DNA of 32,000 nt, from assembly GCF_900167395.1 (NCBI RefSeq), contig NZ_FUWK01000019.1, positions 1-32,000 of the forward strand, read 5' to 3'. This document shows positions 1 through 8,505 of this stretch, piece after piece (positions within the stretch are counted from its first letter, which is position 1; each line of letters begins with the position of its first letter). The notes beneath the pieces are model-generated. The model was not told where the DNA came from and did not search any database. It worked only from the letters and a program-made list of their open reading frames with translations. Origin of the DNA: Nitrosomonas europaea. GTDB taxonomy: Bacteria > Pseudomonadota > Gammaproteobacteria > Burkholderiales > Nitrosomonadaceae. The position numbers and the translations under genes were made by a program.

Positions 1-96
1 CATCACCTTACAGGCACGGGATACATTGCCAAGCTCAGCTGCCAGATTAAGCAAGCCAATCTTGTGTTTAATGATTTTATGATGAACACTGCTCAT
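1..96 (-). mobile_element. 5' end of an IS-type transposase gene (N-terminal helix-turn-helix region); the gene runs off the left edge
   Basis: Minus-strand ATG at 96..94 follows AAGGAG (109..104). My translation is MSSVHHKIIKHKIGLLNLAAELGNVSRACKVM. The LL.LA.ELGNVSRACK.MG pattern is one I recognise from HTH N-termini of rve/IS481-like transposases. Only 32 codons are visible and no inverted repeat could be identified. Confidence 0.45.
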
Positions 97-287
97 GGGA
101 TTACTCCTTTACGCTTTCGCGTTTGGTTGATAAAGATTCGCACCTCTATCAAACCGGGTAATCCCACCTCTTGGCAAGACCTGCTGTCAGATCAAATCTG
201 AACTACTACACTTCAGGTACACAGAAGATTGCACTGAAAATACTCTCCTCCTGATGAAGGATATTGCGGGCGGTAGGGTGATCCTGA

Positions 288-686
288 TTAAGGTTGTAAT
301 GCTTCTGCCACATTTTCCTGTTGGACACTGCGTGCAGGGAGTTTCTCTCGAATTCTTGCAGCCTTACCGGATCTGTCTCTCAGATAATAAAGTTTTGCTC
401 TGCGTACTGCACCGCGCCGTTTGACTTCCATACTTGCGATGAGGGGTGAATAAGTCTGGAACGTACGCTCGACTGCCTCGCCGCTGGATATTTTTCTTAC
501 GATAAATGAAGAATTGAGTCCGCGATTGCGTTTGGCGATAACGACTCCTTCAAAAGCCTGGACACGTTTACGGTCACCTTCTACTACATTTACGTTAACC
601 ACGAGTGTATCGCCTGGTGAAAAATCAGGGATGGTTTTTCCCAGTCTTTCAATTTCTTCCCGTTCTAGTTGTTCGATCAAGTTCAT
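288..686 (-). CDS. rplS: 50S ribosomal protein L19
   Basis: 132-aa ORF starting [32 protein letters not shown]..., a typical L19. It is the last gene of the conserved rpsP-rimM-trmD-rplS order. Confidence 0.95.
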   Translation of the reverse strand: MNLIEQLEREEIERLGKTIPDFSPGDTLVVNVNVVEGDRKRVQAFEGVVIAKRNRGLNSSFIVRKISSGEAVERTFQTYSPLIASMEVKRRGAVRRAKLYYLRDRSGKAARIREKLPARSVQQENVAEALQP

Positions 687-687
687 T

Positions 688-1500
688 TCATTGCTCCTGT
701 TCTTTAGTGTTATCCATCAATTGGTTGGCAACCACTCTATATCGTAATTGCTTGAATTCTTCCAGTAATTCCTTTTCCCTGTCAGGGAGCCCTTCCGGGT
801 ATTTTTCTGCTAACAAATCCGGCCTTTTCAACCAGGTTCTGCCAATGGATTGTTGCAGGCGCCAGCGTTCTATTTTTGCGTGATCACCGGATAGCAGTAT
901 CCGGGGGACCGGTTTTTCCTTATGCACTTCGGGCCGGGTATAGTGTGGATACTCCAGCAAATGATCCGTGTGAGAGTCCTGTCCGGCTGATCGTGTATCG
1001 CCCAACGCTCCCGGTAATTGCCTTACCACCGCATCGATTAAAACCATTGCTGCCAGTTCCCCACCGGAAATGACATAATCTCCGATTGAAATTTCTTCGT
1101 CTACCTGATCCTCTATCAGTCTTTCGTCAATTCCTTCGTAGCGACCACAGAGCAGCACAACCCCATCCAACTGAGAAATCTGCAAAACTTTTTTATGGTC
1201 CAGTCGCTTACCTTGTGGTGAAAGGTAAATGACACGGGTTTTGCTGACTCCGTCTTCACCCTGTCTGGCTTTTGCATCCGTAATCGCCTTATCCAGTGGT
1301 TCGGCCATCATGACCATACCCGGACCCCCGCCATAGGGCGAATCATCTACCGTCCGGTAATGGTTCATAGCATAATTACGAGGGTTCCAGGTATGCAGAC
1401 GATATAAATTACTTTTGTGCGCTCTGCCTGTTACACCGTGTTGCGTGACGGCATCAAACATATCAGGCAACAGTGTGATGACGTCAAACTCGAACGGCAT
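688..1500 (-). CDS. trmD: tRNA (guanine37-N1)-methyltransferase
   Basis: 270-aa ORF starting [15 protein letters not shown]... with the SPOUT-type block [13 protein letters not shown]. The stop lies 1 nt from the rplS start. Confidence 0.95.
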   Translation of the reverse strand: MPFEFDVITLLPDMFDAVTQHGVTGRAHKSNLYRLHTWNPRNYAMNHYRTVDDSPYGGGPGMVMMAEPLDKAITDAKARQGEDGVSKTRVIYLSPQGKRLDHKKVLQISQLDGVVLLCGRYEGIDERLIEDQVDEEISIGDYVISGGELAAMVLIDAVVRQLPGALGDTRSAGQDSHTDHLLEYPHYTRPEVHKEKPVPRILLSGDHAKIERWRLQQSIGRTWLKRPDLLAEKYPEGLPDREKELLEEFKQLRYRVVANQLMDNTKEQEQ

Positions 1501-1510
1501 GATATGAAAT

Positions 1511-2020
1511 TCAATAACCCAGTTCCCAGTCTACTGTGATTTGTCGTGATTCCAGATCCACCTGTCTGATAACCTGATCGACAAAAGGAATCAATTCATC
1601 TTTACTGCTTCCGGACAGCCGGACTCGTAATACATCATTTGCCCCGGTTTCAAACAAGCCGGCTACTGTGCCGAGTGGTTCGCCCTGCATATTGACCACA
1701 CTGATCCCGATCAGATCCGTCCAGTAGTAACCGTCCTCTCCATCTTTTGACAGCGGGGGCAACTGACTGCGCGGCACTGCAACCAGCAATCCCTTCAGTT
1801 CAGATGCACTCGTCCGGTCGCTATACCCGGTGAGAGTGACGATCAGCAGATTATCGTGAATGAAAAAGGTAGCTGGACGCACGATTTGCCAGTTTTTCTC
1901 ATCTCTGCTGAGACACCACACAGGGTACTCCATCAACCCATCAACATACTCGGTGAAGGGAATGACTTTAATCTGACCTCGAATGCCGTGTGGCCCGGCG
2001 ATCCGACCCAGCACAACCAT
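1511..2020 (-). CDS. rimM: 16S rRNA processing protein RimM
   Basis: The ORF track extends to 2086, overlapping rpsP. The internal ATG at 2020..2018 is preceded by GGAG (minus-strand reading agaGGAGcct ATG) and gives [19 protein letters not shown], the conserved RimM N-terminus. Confidence 0.88.
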   Translation of the reverse strand: MVVLGRIAGPHGIRGQIKVIPFTEYVDGLMEYPVWCLSRDEKNWQIVRPATFFIHDNLLIVTLTGYSDRTSASELKGLLVAVPRSQLPPLSKDGEDGYYWTDLIGISVVNMQGEPLGTVAGLFETGANDVLRVRLSGSSKDELIPFVDQVIRQVDLESRQITVDWELGY

Positions 2021-2048
2021 AGGCTCCTCTGGTAGAGGGAGCCCTGTT

Positions 2049-2318
2049 TCACTCCTGTGGTTGTGCAGCCTTTTGCTGTCTGCCAAACTGCTTGACGAGT
2101 CGTGAAACGGTATCGGACAGCTGGGCTCCCTTGGATTGCCAGTAGGTCAGGCGATCCATCTGGATACGCAAACTTTCTTCGCCGCCAGTAGCACGCGGAT
2201 TATAAAACCCGACACGTTCTATGAACTTGCCATCCCGCCGGTTACGGGAATCAGCCACTACCATGCTGTAAAAAGGACGCTTCTTGGCACCACCGCGTGC
2301 CAGTCTCACTACTACCAT
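2049..2318 (-). CDS. rpsP: 30S ribosomal protein S16
   Basis: 89-aa ORF starting [41 protein letters not shown], the canonical S16. Confidence 0.95.
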   Translation of the reverse strand: MVVVRLARGGAKKRPFYSMVVADSRNRRDGKFIERVGFYNPRATGGEESLRIQMDRLTYWQSKGAQLSDTVSRLVKQFGRQQKAAQPQE

Positions 2319-2361
2319 GTTGCCCCTTGTAAAAGTGGTTGTTTGTTAACTAAAACCGCCA

Positions 2362-2391
2362 ATTTTATGGCAGTTTCTGCCCGCATGGCAA
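2362..2391 (-). promoter_or_regulatory. Candidate sigma70 promoter for the rpsP operon
   Basis: The minus strand reads TTGCCA (2391..2386), an 18-nt spacer, then TAAAAT (2367..2362). It lies about 45 nt upstream of the rpsP ATG. This is a sequence match only. Confidence 0.3.
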
Positions 2392-2531
2392 GCAGTAAAT
2401 TAAATGGGGATTGACTATGTATTCAAAAAAGATCGTGGCAGAATCAGAATGATCGACCGTAATTATTCGACCCGGAATATATCCAAATCATACAATGATT
2501 CGATTTTGCTGGAACAGCTGGCTTGAAGACT

Positions 2532-3806
2532 ATGAAAAATACTGATCGAAATGATTCGTCAGTCGAAAAGCTGTTGACTGAAGCCAATCGCTGCGTGGCG
2601 TGCGGACTGTGTCTGCCCCATTGCCCGACTTATCATCTGACGCATTCTGAAGCAGACTCACCACGCGGGAGGATTGCGTTGATGAGTGGAGTCGCCAGCG
2701 GGCGTATTCCTTTGAATGAGAGATTTATTCAGCACATGGATCGGTGTCTGACTTGCCGTGCCTGCGAACAGGTTTGTCCGAATAATGTTGCTTATGGGCA
2801 GTTGATCGATGGTGCACGTGTCATGATTCATGAGTATTCATCCGTGCAGAGAGAAAGTCAGCATAAAAAGGGCCGGTTAAGAGACTTTCTGGAACGGGAA
2901 TTGATTGCCAAACCTGGTCGATTCGACAGGTTGCGGCCAGTGTTGCGTTTGCTGGCCGGTAGTGGCTTGTTGTCGTTATTGCTGCGGCTGGAGACTCTGA
3001 AAAGAAGCGATTTGATCCAGTCTCTACTATTTCTGGCAACTCGCAATTTGCCAGGCCAGCTGTGGCGTCGTTCATATCCGGCCAGGGGGGTGCTGCGCGG
3101 TGAAGTGGGGTTGTTTTTGGGATGTGTGGCAAGGTTGATCGATACTGAAACACTGCTTTCATCCATATTTGTGCTGAACCGGATGGGCTATACGGTGCGT
3201 GTGCCAGATACGCAAACCTGTTGCGGAGCACTGCATCAGCACAGCGGCCGGATCGATGCGGCCAGATCGCTGGCACAACAAAATCTCCATGCTTTTGAAG
3301 GCTTGAATATTCAGGCCATCATCAATACCGCTTCCGGCTGTGGTGTCCAACTGACGGAATACTCATCGCGATTGGATACCGGATTTTCTGTGCCAGTAAT
3401 GGATATCAGCCAGTTTCTCGATGAACAGGAGTGGGACGAGGTCGGTTTTGCACCTTTGTCACGTAGAGTTGCTGTGCATGAGCCGTGTACGCTGCGTAAC
3501 ACTTTACGTACTTCAAAGCACATGTACCCTTTGCTCCGGCGTATTCCGGGAATTGAAGTAGTGGAGCTTCCTGGTAACGAACAGTGTTGTGGTGCGGCTG
3601 GCACTTATTTTCTCGATCAACCCGAATTTGCAAAATCCTTGCTCGATGCGAAATTACAGGCCTTTGAGAGCACCGGTGCGGATTGTCTGGTGACGGGGAA
3701 TATTGGTTGTGCCTTGCATATTGCCAACGGATTGGCGAAGAAAGGAACAAATATAGAGGTTTTGCATCCGGTAACATTGCTCGCACGGCAAATGCGTATA
3801 AAATGA
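2532..3806 (+). CDS. GlcF-like iron-sulfur oxidoreductase (2x 4Fe-4S ferredoxin motif plus two CCG cysteine-rich domains)
   Basis: Motifs CVACGLCLPHCP and CLTCRACEQVCP are followed by the CCG-type blocks TCCGA and QCCGAAG. The start is either TTG 2523 or ATG 2532. No glcD/glcE partner is in the window. Confidence 0.8.
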   Translation: MKNTDRNDSSVEKLLTEANRCVACGLCLPHCPTYHLTHSEADSPRGRIALMSGVASGRIPLNERFIQHMDRCLTCRACEQVCPNNVAYGQLIDGARVMIHEYSSVQRESQHKKGRLRDFLERELIAKPGRFDRLRPVLRLLAGSGLLSLLLRLETLKRSDLIQSLLFLATRNLPGQLWRRSYPARGVLRGEVGLFLGCVARLIDTETLLSSIFVLNRMGYTVRVPDTQTCCGALHQHSGRIDAARSLAQQNLHAFEGLNIQAIINTASGCGVQLTEYSSRLDTGFSVPVMDISQFLDEQEWDEVGFAPLSRRVAVHEPCTLRNTLRTSKHMYPLLRRIPGIEVVELPGNEQCCGAAGTYFLDQPEFAKSLLDAKLQAFESTGADCLVTGNIGCALHIANGLAKKGTNIEVLHPVTLLARQMRIK

Positions 3807-3866
3807 AAGCTTGGGTTGGTTTGGCGTAAAACACAAAATCAACCAAAGCAGGCAATGGAGAGTTTT

Positions 3867-4493
3867 ATGTTGAATATCGATAAATTGATCATAGGTTTTG
3901 ATAGCGCCTTACGGACATTACTGGCTCCTGCCAATACCCTGCGCCCGGTACCGGGGAAGGATCTGCCTGAAAATGAGCTGAGCGAGATCGAGAAACGTGA
4001 ATCTGCAGCACTGATGCGCATCAATCATGTTGGTGAAGTTTGTGCTCAGGCACTTTATCAGGGGCAGGCACTGACAGCGCGTAATGACCGGGTGCGACAG
4101 GCGCTGGATCAGGCGGCACGTGAAGAAACCGAGCATCTTGCGTGGACAGAGCGCCGCATTGCGGAGCTGGGCGGGCGTAAAAGTTTTCTGAATCCGCTGT
4201 GGTATGGCGGATCGTTTACTCTGGGGCTGGTGGCCGGTGTGCTCGGCGATAAATGGAATCTTGGTTTCCTGGCCGAAACCGAGCGCCAGGTTGAGGCACA
4301 TCTGGCAGATCATCTGCAGCGATTGCCTCATCAGGATGTTCGCAGCAGAGCCATCGTGACACAAATGAAAGTGGATGAAGCGTGTCACGCTACCATGGCG
4401 GTTTCACATGGGGGAGGGCAGTTGCCTGCTCCAGTCAAAGTTGCCATGAAGTTCAGCTCCAGGATCATGACGCGCACCGCCTATTGGGTGTGA
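3867..4493 (+). CDS. coq7: Di-iron ubiquinone biosynthesis hydroxylase Coq7 (demethoxyubiquinol hydroxylase)
   Basis: Blocks [37 protein letters not shown] and VDEACHA are Coq7-type ExxH di-iron ligand motifs. The ORF track starts at TTG 3816. ATG 3867 follows GGAGAG (3857..3862), and ATG 3855 is also possible. Confidence 0.85.
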
Positions 4494-4537
4494 AACCGGA
4501 AGCAAATTCTTATCTGTTCCAGGATGGTGTAATCGTT

Positions 4538-5098
4538 ATGCAAAGCATCAACCTTACCGATCATTTTCTGATTGCCATGCCGGGGCTGGAAGATTCTTTC
4601 TTCGCAAGGACACTGACCTATATCTGTGAGCATAGCGAACGTGGTGCACTGGGTCTCGTGGTCAATCGCCCGACGGATTTATCCGTGGAAAACTTGTTGC
4701 TGCAACTGGGGATGTTTCCCAAAGGTACAGCTTCTTCCAATCTGCCGGTATTGCTGGGTGGTCCGGTGCAGATCGATAGTGGATTCGTATTGCACGAACC
4801 GGTCGGATCGTGGAAATTTACGCTGTCTTCCAATGAGTCGATCGGTTTGACTTCATCCGCCGACATTCTGCAGGCAGTTGCCGATTGCGAGGGCCCGAAG
4901 AGAATGCTGATAGCGCTGGGTTATTCAGGATGGGCAGCAGGGCAGCTCGAGCAGGAGCTGGCACAAAATGCCTGGCTGACGGTACCCGCCGAATCGCAGA
5001 TACTGTTTGAGTTGTCTTCTGAAGAACGGCTGCCTGCCGCCATGAAGTTGCTGGGAATCGATTTTTGTAATTTGTCCAGTGAAGTCGGTCATGCCTGA
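4538..5098 (+). CDS. yqgE: YqgE/AlgH family (DUF179) putative transcriptional regulator
   Basis: From ATG 4538 the protein reads [45 protein letters not shown]...[20 protein letters not shown], typical of AlgH/YqgE. The upstream 52 codons in the ORF track overlap coq7 and look spurious. Confidence 0.85.
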
Positions 5099-5537
5099 TA
5101 TGACCAGTGCTTCGTCTGGCACGGTACTGGCTTTTGATTTCGGTAAACGGCGCATCGGTGTGGCGATTGGTGAACATGAATTGCGAATGGCTCATCCTCT
5201 GACGACGATCGATCAGTCGATGACGAGGCCCCGTTTTGAAAAGATTGCGGAGCTGATCGAGGCATGGCAGCCGGTTCTGCTGGTGGTGGGGCTGTCAGTT
5301 CATGCTGATGGTACTGAGCATGAAATAACCCGGTTGTGTCGTCGTTTTGCCAGGCGGCTGGAAGGGCGATTCAGGATTCCAGTGGCACTGGCGGATGAGC
5401 GCTACACGACTGTGATTGCCCGTTCAGTGCTGGAAGAAGTAGGTGTGACTGGCAAAAAACAGCGGCCGATGCTCGATCAGATCGCAGCACAACATATTCT
5501 TCAGACTTATTTTGATTTATCTCATGCAGCTTCCTGA
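5091..5537 (+). CDS. ruvX: Holliday-junction-resolvase-like pre-16S rRNA nuclease RuvX (YqgF)
   Basis: The [17 protein letters not shown] motif is present, and the yqgE-ruvX adjacency is conserved. ATG 5091 overlaps the yqgE stop (ATGCCTGA). Confidence 0.9.
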
Positions 5538-6027
5538 CGCCGAGCAATTACTGACACAACTCATTGAAAAAATACGGCCGGATATAGCCGGAAATACCGC
5601 TATCGTGGGCATTCATACCGGAGGTGCCTGGTTGGCCAGGCGTATTCACCAAGCATTGGAGATTGCGTTGCCGGTGGGGGTGCTGGATATTTCCTTTTAT
5701 CGTGATGACTACAGTAAAATCGGCCTGCATCCACAAGTCAGACCTTCTCAGCTTCCTTTCGATGCCGAGAACAGTCACATCATTCTGGTGGATGATGTGC
5801 TTTATACCGGCAGAACAGTCCGTGCAGCAGTGAACGAACTGTTCGACTATGGTCGTCCGGCCAGTATCGATCTGGCTGTGCTGGTGGATCGCGGAGGACG
5901 GGAATTGCCGATTGCCGCCCGGTATACGGGGGAGGTGCTCACATTGCCGGAAAACAGCATGCTGGAACTGAGACAGTCGGATGACGGTAAATTGAGTCTG
6001 GATTTACGCAGCCTGACGACAGGTTGA
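5524..6027 (+). CDS. pyrR: PyrR, pyrimidine operon regulator / uracil phosphoribosyltransferase
   Basis: PRPP-binding block IILVDDVLYTGRTVRAA and an N-terminus typical of PyrR. ATG 5524 overlaps the ruvX 3' end by 14 nt. Confidence 0.9.
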   Translation: MQLPDAEQLLTQLIEKIRPDIAGNTAIVGIHTGGAWLARRIHQALEIALPVGVLDISFYRDDYSKIGLHPQVRPSQLPFDAENSHIILVDDVLYTGRTVRAAVNELFDYGRPASIDLAVLVDRGGRELPIAARYTGEVLTLPENSMLELRQSDDGKLSLDLRSLTTG

Positions 6028-6122
6028 TGGCTATCCGGAATTTGATTGCTGCCTTCCTGTTTGGCTGGTGTTATCCAGCCGGCTTTGGTTGTTATGTATG
6101 GGTTCTCTTCACTGATATTTAA
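6027..6122 (+). CDS. Hypothetical 31-codon hydrophobic small ORF / possible pyrB leader peptide
   Basis: The ATG overlaps the pyrR stop (TGATG at 6025..6029). My translation is MAIRNLIAAFLFGWCYPAGFGCYVWVLFTDI*. It encloses the hairpin GGCTGG-N6-CCAGCC (6063..6080). There is no independent SD and no homology evidence. Confidence 0.15.
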   Translation: MAIRNLIAAFLFGWCYPAGFGCYVWVLFTDI

Positions 6123-6162
6123 AACCTATGTGTTGTCGTAATTCCTGCGGGATCTCTGCGTA

Positions 6163-7113
6163 ATGGGCGTACACCCCCAGCTGAACAAAAATGGTGAGCT
6201 GCAGCATCTGTTGACGACGGAAGGGCTGCCTGCTGTGATTTTGCGCCATATTCTCGATACTGCAGAATCATTCACCGGTGTAACAGAGCGTGATGTCAAG
6301 AAAATTCCCCTGCTCCGGGGTAAATCGGTATTCAATCTGTTTTTTGAGCCGAGTACCCGCACCCGCACAACTTTCGAAATTGCAGCAAAACGCCTTTCGG
6401 CGGATGTGATCAATCTCAATATGGCAGTTTCATCTCAGACCAAGGGAGAAACGTTGCTGGATACGGTGGATAATTTGTCTGCCATGCATGCGGATATGTT
6501 TATCGTGCGTCATAACCAAAGTGGGGCAGCGCATCTGATTGCCCGTCATGTCAGGCCGGAAATTCATGTCATCAATGCGGGTGACGGATGGCATGCACAC
6601 CCCACACAAGCATTGCTGGATATGTTTACCATTCGCCGCTATAAGCAGGATTTCCATGCGTTGCGTGTAGCGATTATCGGGGATATTCTGCATTCCCGCG
6701 TGGCGCGTTCGCAGATTCACGCACTGACGACGTTGGGTGTGCCTGAGATTCGTGTCATTGCTCCCAAGACACTGTTGCCGGCCAAAGTCGAGCGACTTGG
6801 CGTGCATGTCTATCATAATATGGTACAGGGTCTGCAAGATGTGGATGTACTGATGATGTTGCGATTGCAGCATGAGCGTATGGAGTCAGCACATTTGCCC
6901 AGCACCGAAGAGTATTTCAAATATTATGGACTGACACCGGAGAAGCTTGCGCTTGCCCGGTCCGATGCAATCGTGATGCATCCCGGCCCGATGAATCGGG
7001 GGGTGGAAATTGATTCAGAGGTGGCGGATGGTACCCAATCCGTCATTCTTCCCCAGGTAAATTTTGGTATTGCCGTCCGCATGGCGGTGATGTCGATCCT
7101 TGCCGGAAATTGA
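6163..7113 (+). CDS. pyrB: Aspartate carbamoyltransferase catalytic chain
   Basis: Motifs [17 protein letters not shown] and the HPGP..RGVEI block. Confidence 0.95.
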   Translation: MGVHPQLNKNGELQHLLTTEGLPAVILRHILDTAESFTGVTERDVKKIPLLRGKSVFNLFFEPSTRTRTTFEIAAKRLSADVINLNMAVSSQTKGETLLDTVDNLSAMHADMFIVRHNQSGAAHLIARHVRPEIHVINAGDGWHAHPTQALLDMFTIRRYKQDFHALRVAIIGDILHSRVARSQIHALTTLGVPEIRVIAPKTLLPAKVERLGVHVYHNMVQGLQDVDVLMMLRLQHERMESAHLPSTEEYFKYYGLTPEKLALARSDAIVMHPGPMNRGVEIDSEVADGTQSVILPQVNFGIAVRMAVMSILAGN

Positions 7114-7114
7114 T

Positions 7115-8386
7115 ATGCACATTCATATCCGAAATGGTCGTCTGATCGATCCCGGCAGTGGAATGGATCGTACTGATGATCTGTATCTGGCTGAAGGCAA
7201 AATCGTGTCGATCGGTTCCCGGCCGGATGGTTTTCATGATGATCGTGAGATCGAGGCCGGTGGAATGATCGTATGTCCCGGTCTGGTTGATTTGTCAGCA
7301 CGCTTGCGTGAGCCGGGACTTGAATATATGGCTACGCTGGAATCAGAGCTGGAAGCTGCGGTAGCAGGAGGGGTGACCAGCCTGGCCTGTCCTCCTGATA
7401 CAGATCCGCCATTGGATGAGCCGGGCCTGGTGGAGATGTTGAAGCATCGTGCCCGTAATCTCGATCAGGCGCGAGTGTATCCGGTGGGCGCGCTAACCCA
7501 GGGACTCAAGGGAGCGCGTTTGACTGAAATGGTCGAACTGCACGATGCCGGTTGTGTCGCATTTAGTCAGGTCGATGCGCCCATTGCCAATCTGCATGTG
7601 CTGATGCGAGCCATGCAGTACGCCGCCACGTTTGGTTTCAAGGTTTGGCTGCGTCCTCAGGATATACATCTGGCCAATCACGGTGTGGCCCATGAAGGTG
7701 AGATTGCCACCCGTCTTGGCTTACCGGCAATTCCGGTGTGTGCAGAGACGATTGCACTGGCCAGTATTCTGTCACTGATGAAGGAAACGGGTGCCAGCGT
7801 ACATCTCTGCCGTATTTCCAGTGCAGAGGGAACCGCGCTGGTGCGGGCAGCCAAACGACAGGGACTGCCGCTGACCTGTGATGTTTCCATCAACCATGTG
7901 CATCTGACCGATATGGATATTGGTTTCTTTGATGCAAATTGCCATCTCATGCCGCCACTCAGAAGCCTGGCAGACCGGGATGCGTTGTGCGTCGGATTGA
8001 TGGACGGAACGATCGACGCAATCTGTTCGGATCATGCGCCTGTAGATGAAGATGCCAAGTCGTTGCCATTTGCTCAGGCTGAAAGCGGTGCCACCGGGCT
8101 GGAGTTGCTGCTGCCTCTCACGCTGAAATGGGCGGTGGAAAACAGGTTGTCATTACCTGAAGCGCTGGCGAGAATTACATTCCATCCTGCACGGATTCTG
8201 GGAATCGAGACCGGGCAGCTGGCAATAGGTGCTGTGGCTGATTTATGTATCTTTGATCCTGATGCAAACTGGGTCGTCAGTCACACCGAATTGAGAAGCC
8301 AGGGTAAAAATACGCCATTTCTCGGAATGGAATTATACGGGCGTACCCGATTCACCCTGATTGGTGGACGTATCGTGTATGGTTGA
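7115..8386 (+). CDS. pyrC': Dihydroorotase-like protein, probably the non-catalytic PyrC' partner of PyrB
   Basis: Amidohydrolase fold with blocks CPGLVDL..RLREPG and CSDHAP. The DxHxH metal motif reads DLSAR (7289..7303). ATG 7115 is 1 nt after the pyrB stop. The pyrR-pyrB-pyrC' order matches Pseudomonas. Confidence 0.8.
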   Translation: MHIHIRNGRLIDPGSGMDRTDDLYLAEGKIVSIGSRPDGFHDDREIEAGGMIVCPGLVDLSARLREPGLEYMATLESELEAAVAGGVTSLACPPDTDPPLDEPGLVEMLKHRARNLDQARVYPVGALTQGLKGARLTEMVELHDAGCVAFSQVDAPIANLHVLMRAMQYAATFGFKVWLRPQDIHLANHGVAHEGEIATRLGLPAIPVCAETIALASILSLMKETGASVHLCRISSAEGTALVRAAKRQGLPLTCDVSINHVHLTDMDIGFFDANCHLMPPLRSLADRDALCVGLMDGTIDAICSDHAPVDEDAKSLPFAQAESGATGLELLLPLTLKWAVENRLSLPEALARITFHPARILGIETGQLAIGAVADLCIFDPDANWVVSHTELRSQGKNTPFLGMELYGRTRFTLIGGRIVYG

Positions 8387-8505
8387 TAACAATTCCCGGG
8401 AAGCACTGGTTTCGTCAAGACCATATTAAAATCCCGGGTTATTCGGCAGACCGGGTATTCTGAATATTCATCGATAACAAAAACTTTTTTTGAATTATTA
8501 CTGAT

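Noticed and set aside
97-287. An intrinsic terminator for the rplS operon.
   Set aside because: I found only short stems, for example TCAGAT-CAA-ATCTGA at 187..201, and none has a following T-tract on the transcribed strand. No terminator is called.
2021-2086. N-terminal extensions in the ORF track: rimM to 2086, coq7 from 3816, yqgE from 4382, greA from 15335, ACP from 20265, acpP to 28960, fabH to 31825.
   Set aside because: The extensions overlap upstream genes or lack similarity to the conserved family N-termini. Internal ATG codons with better SD spacing reproduce the canonical N-termini.
8420-8460. The repeated 10-mer ACCGGGTATT, at about 8446 and about 20221, plus a CCCGGGTTATTC near-copy at about 8427. 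I considered it as a possible REP-like element.
   Set aside because: There are only two or three short copies, found post hoc, with no consistent flanking structure. That is insufficient to call a repeat family.
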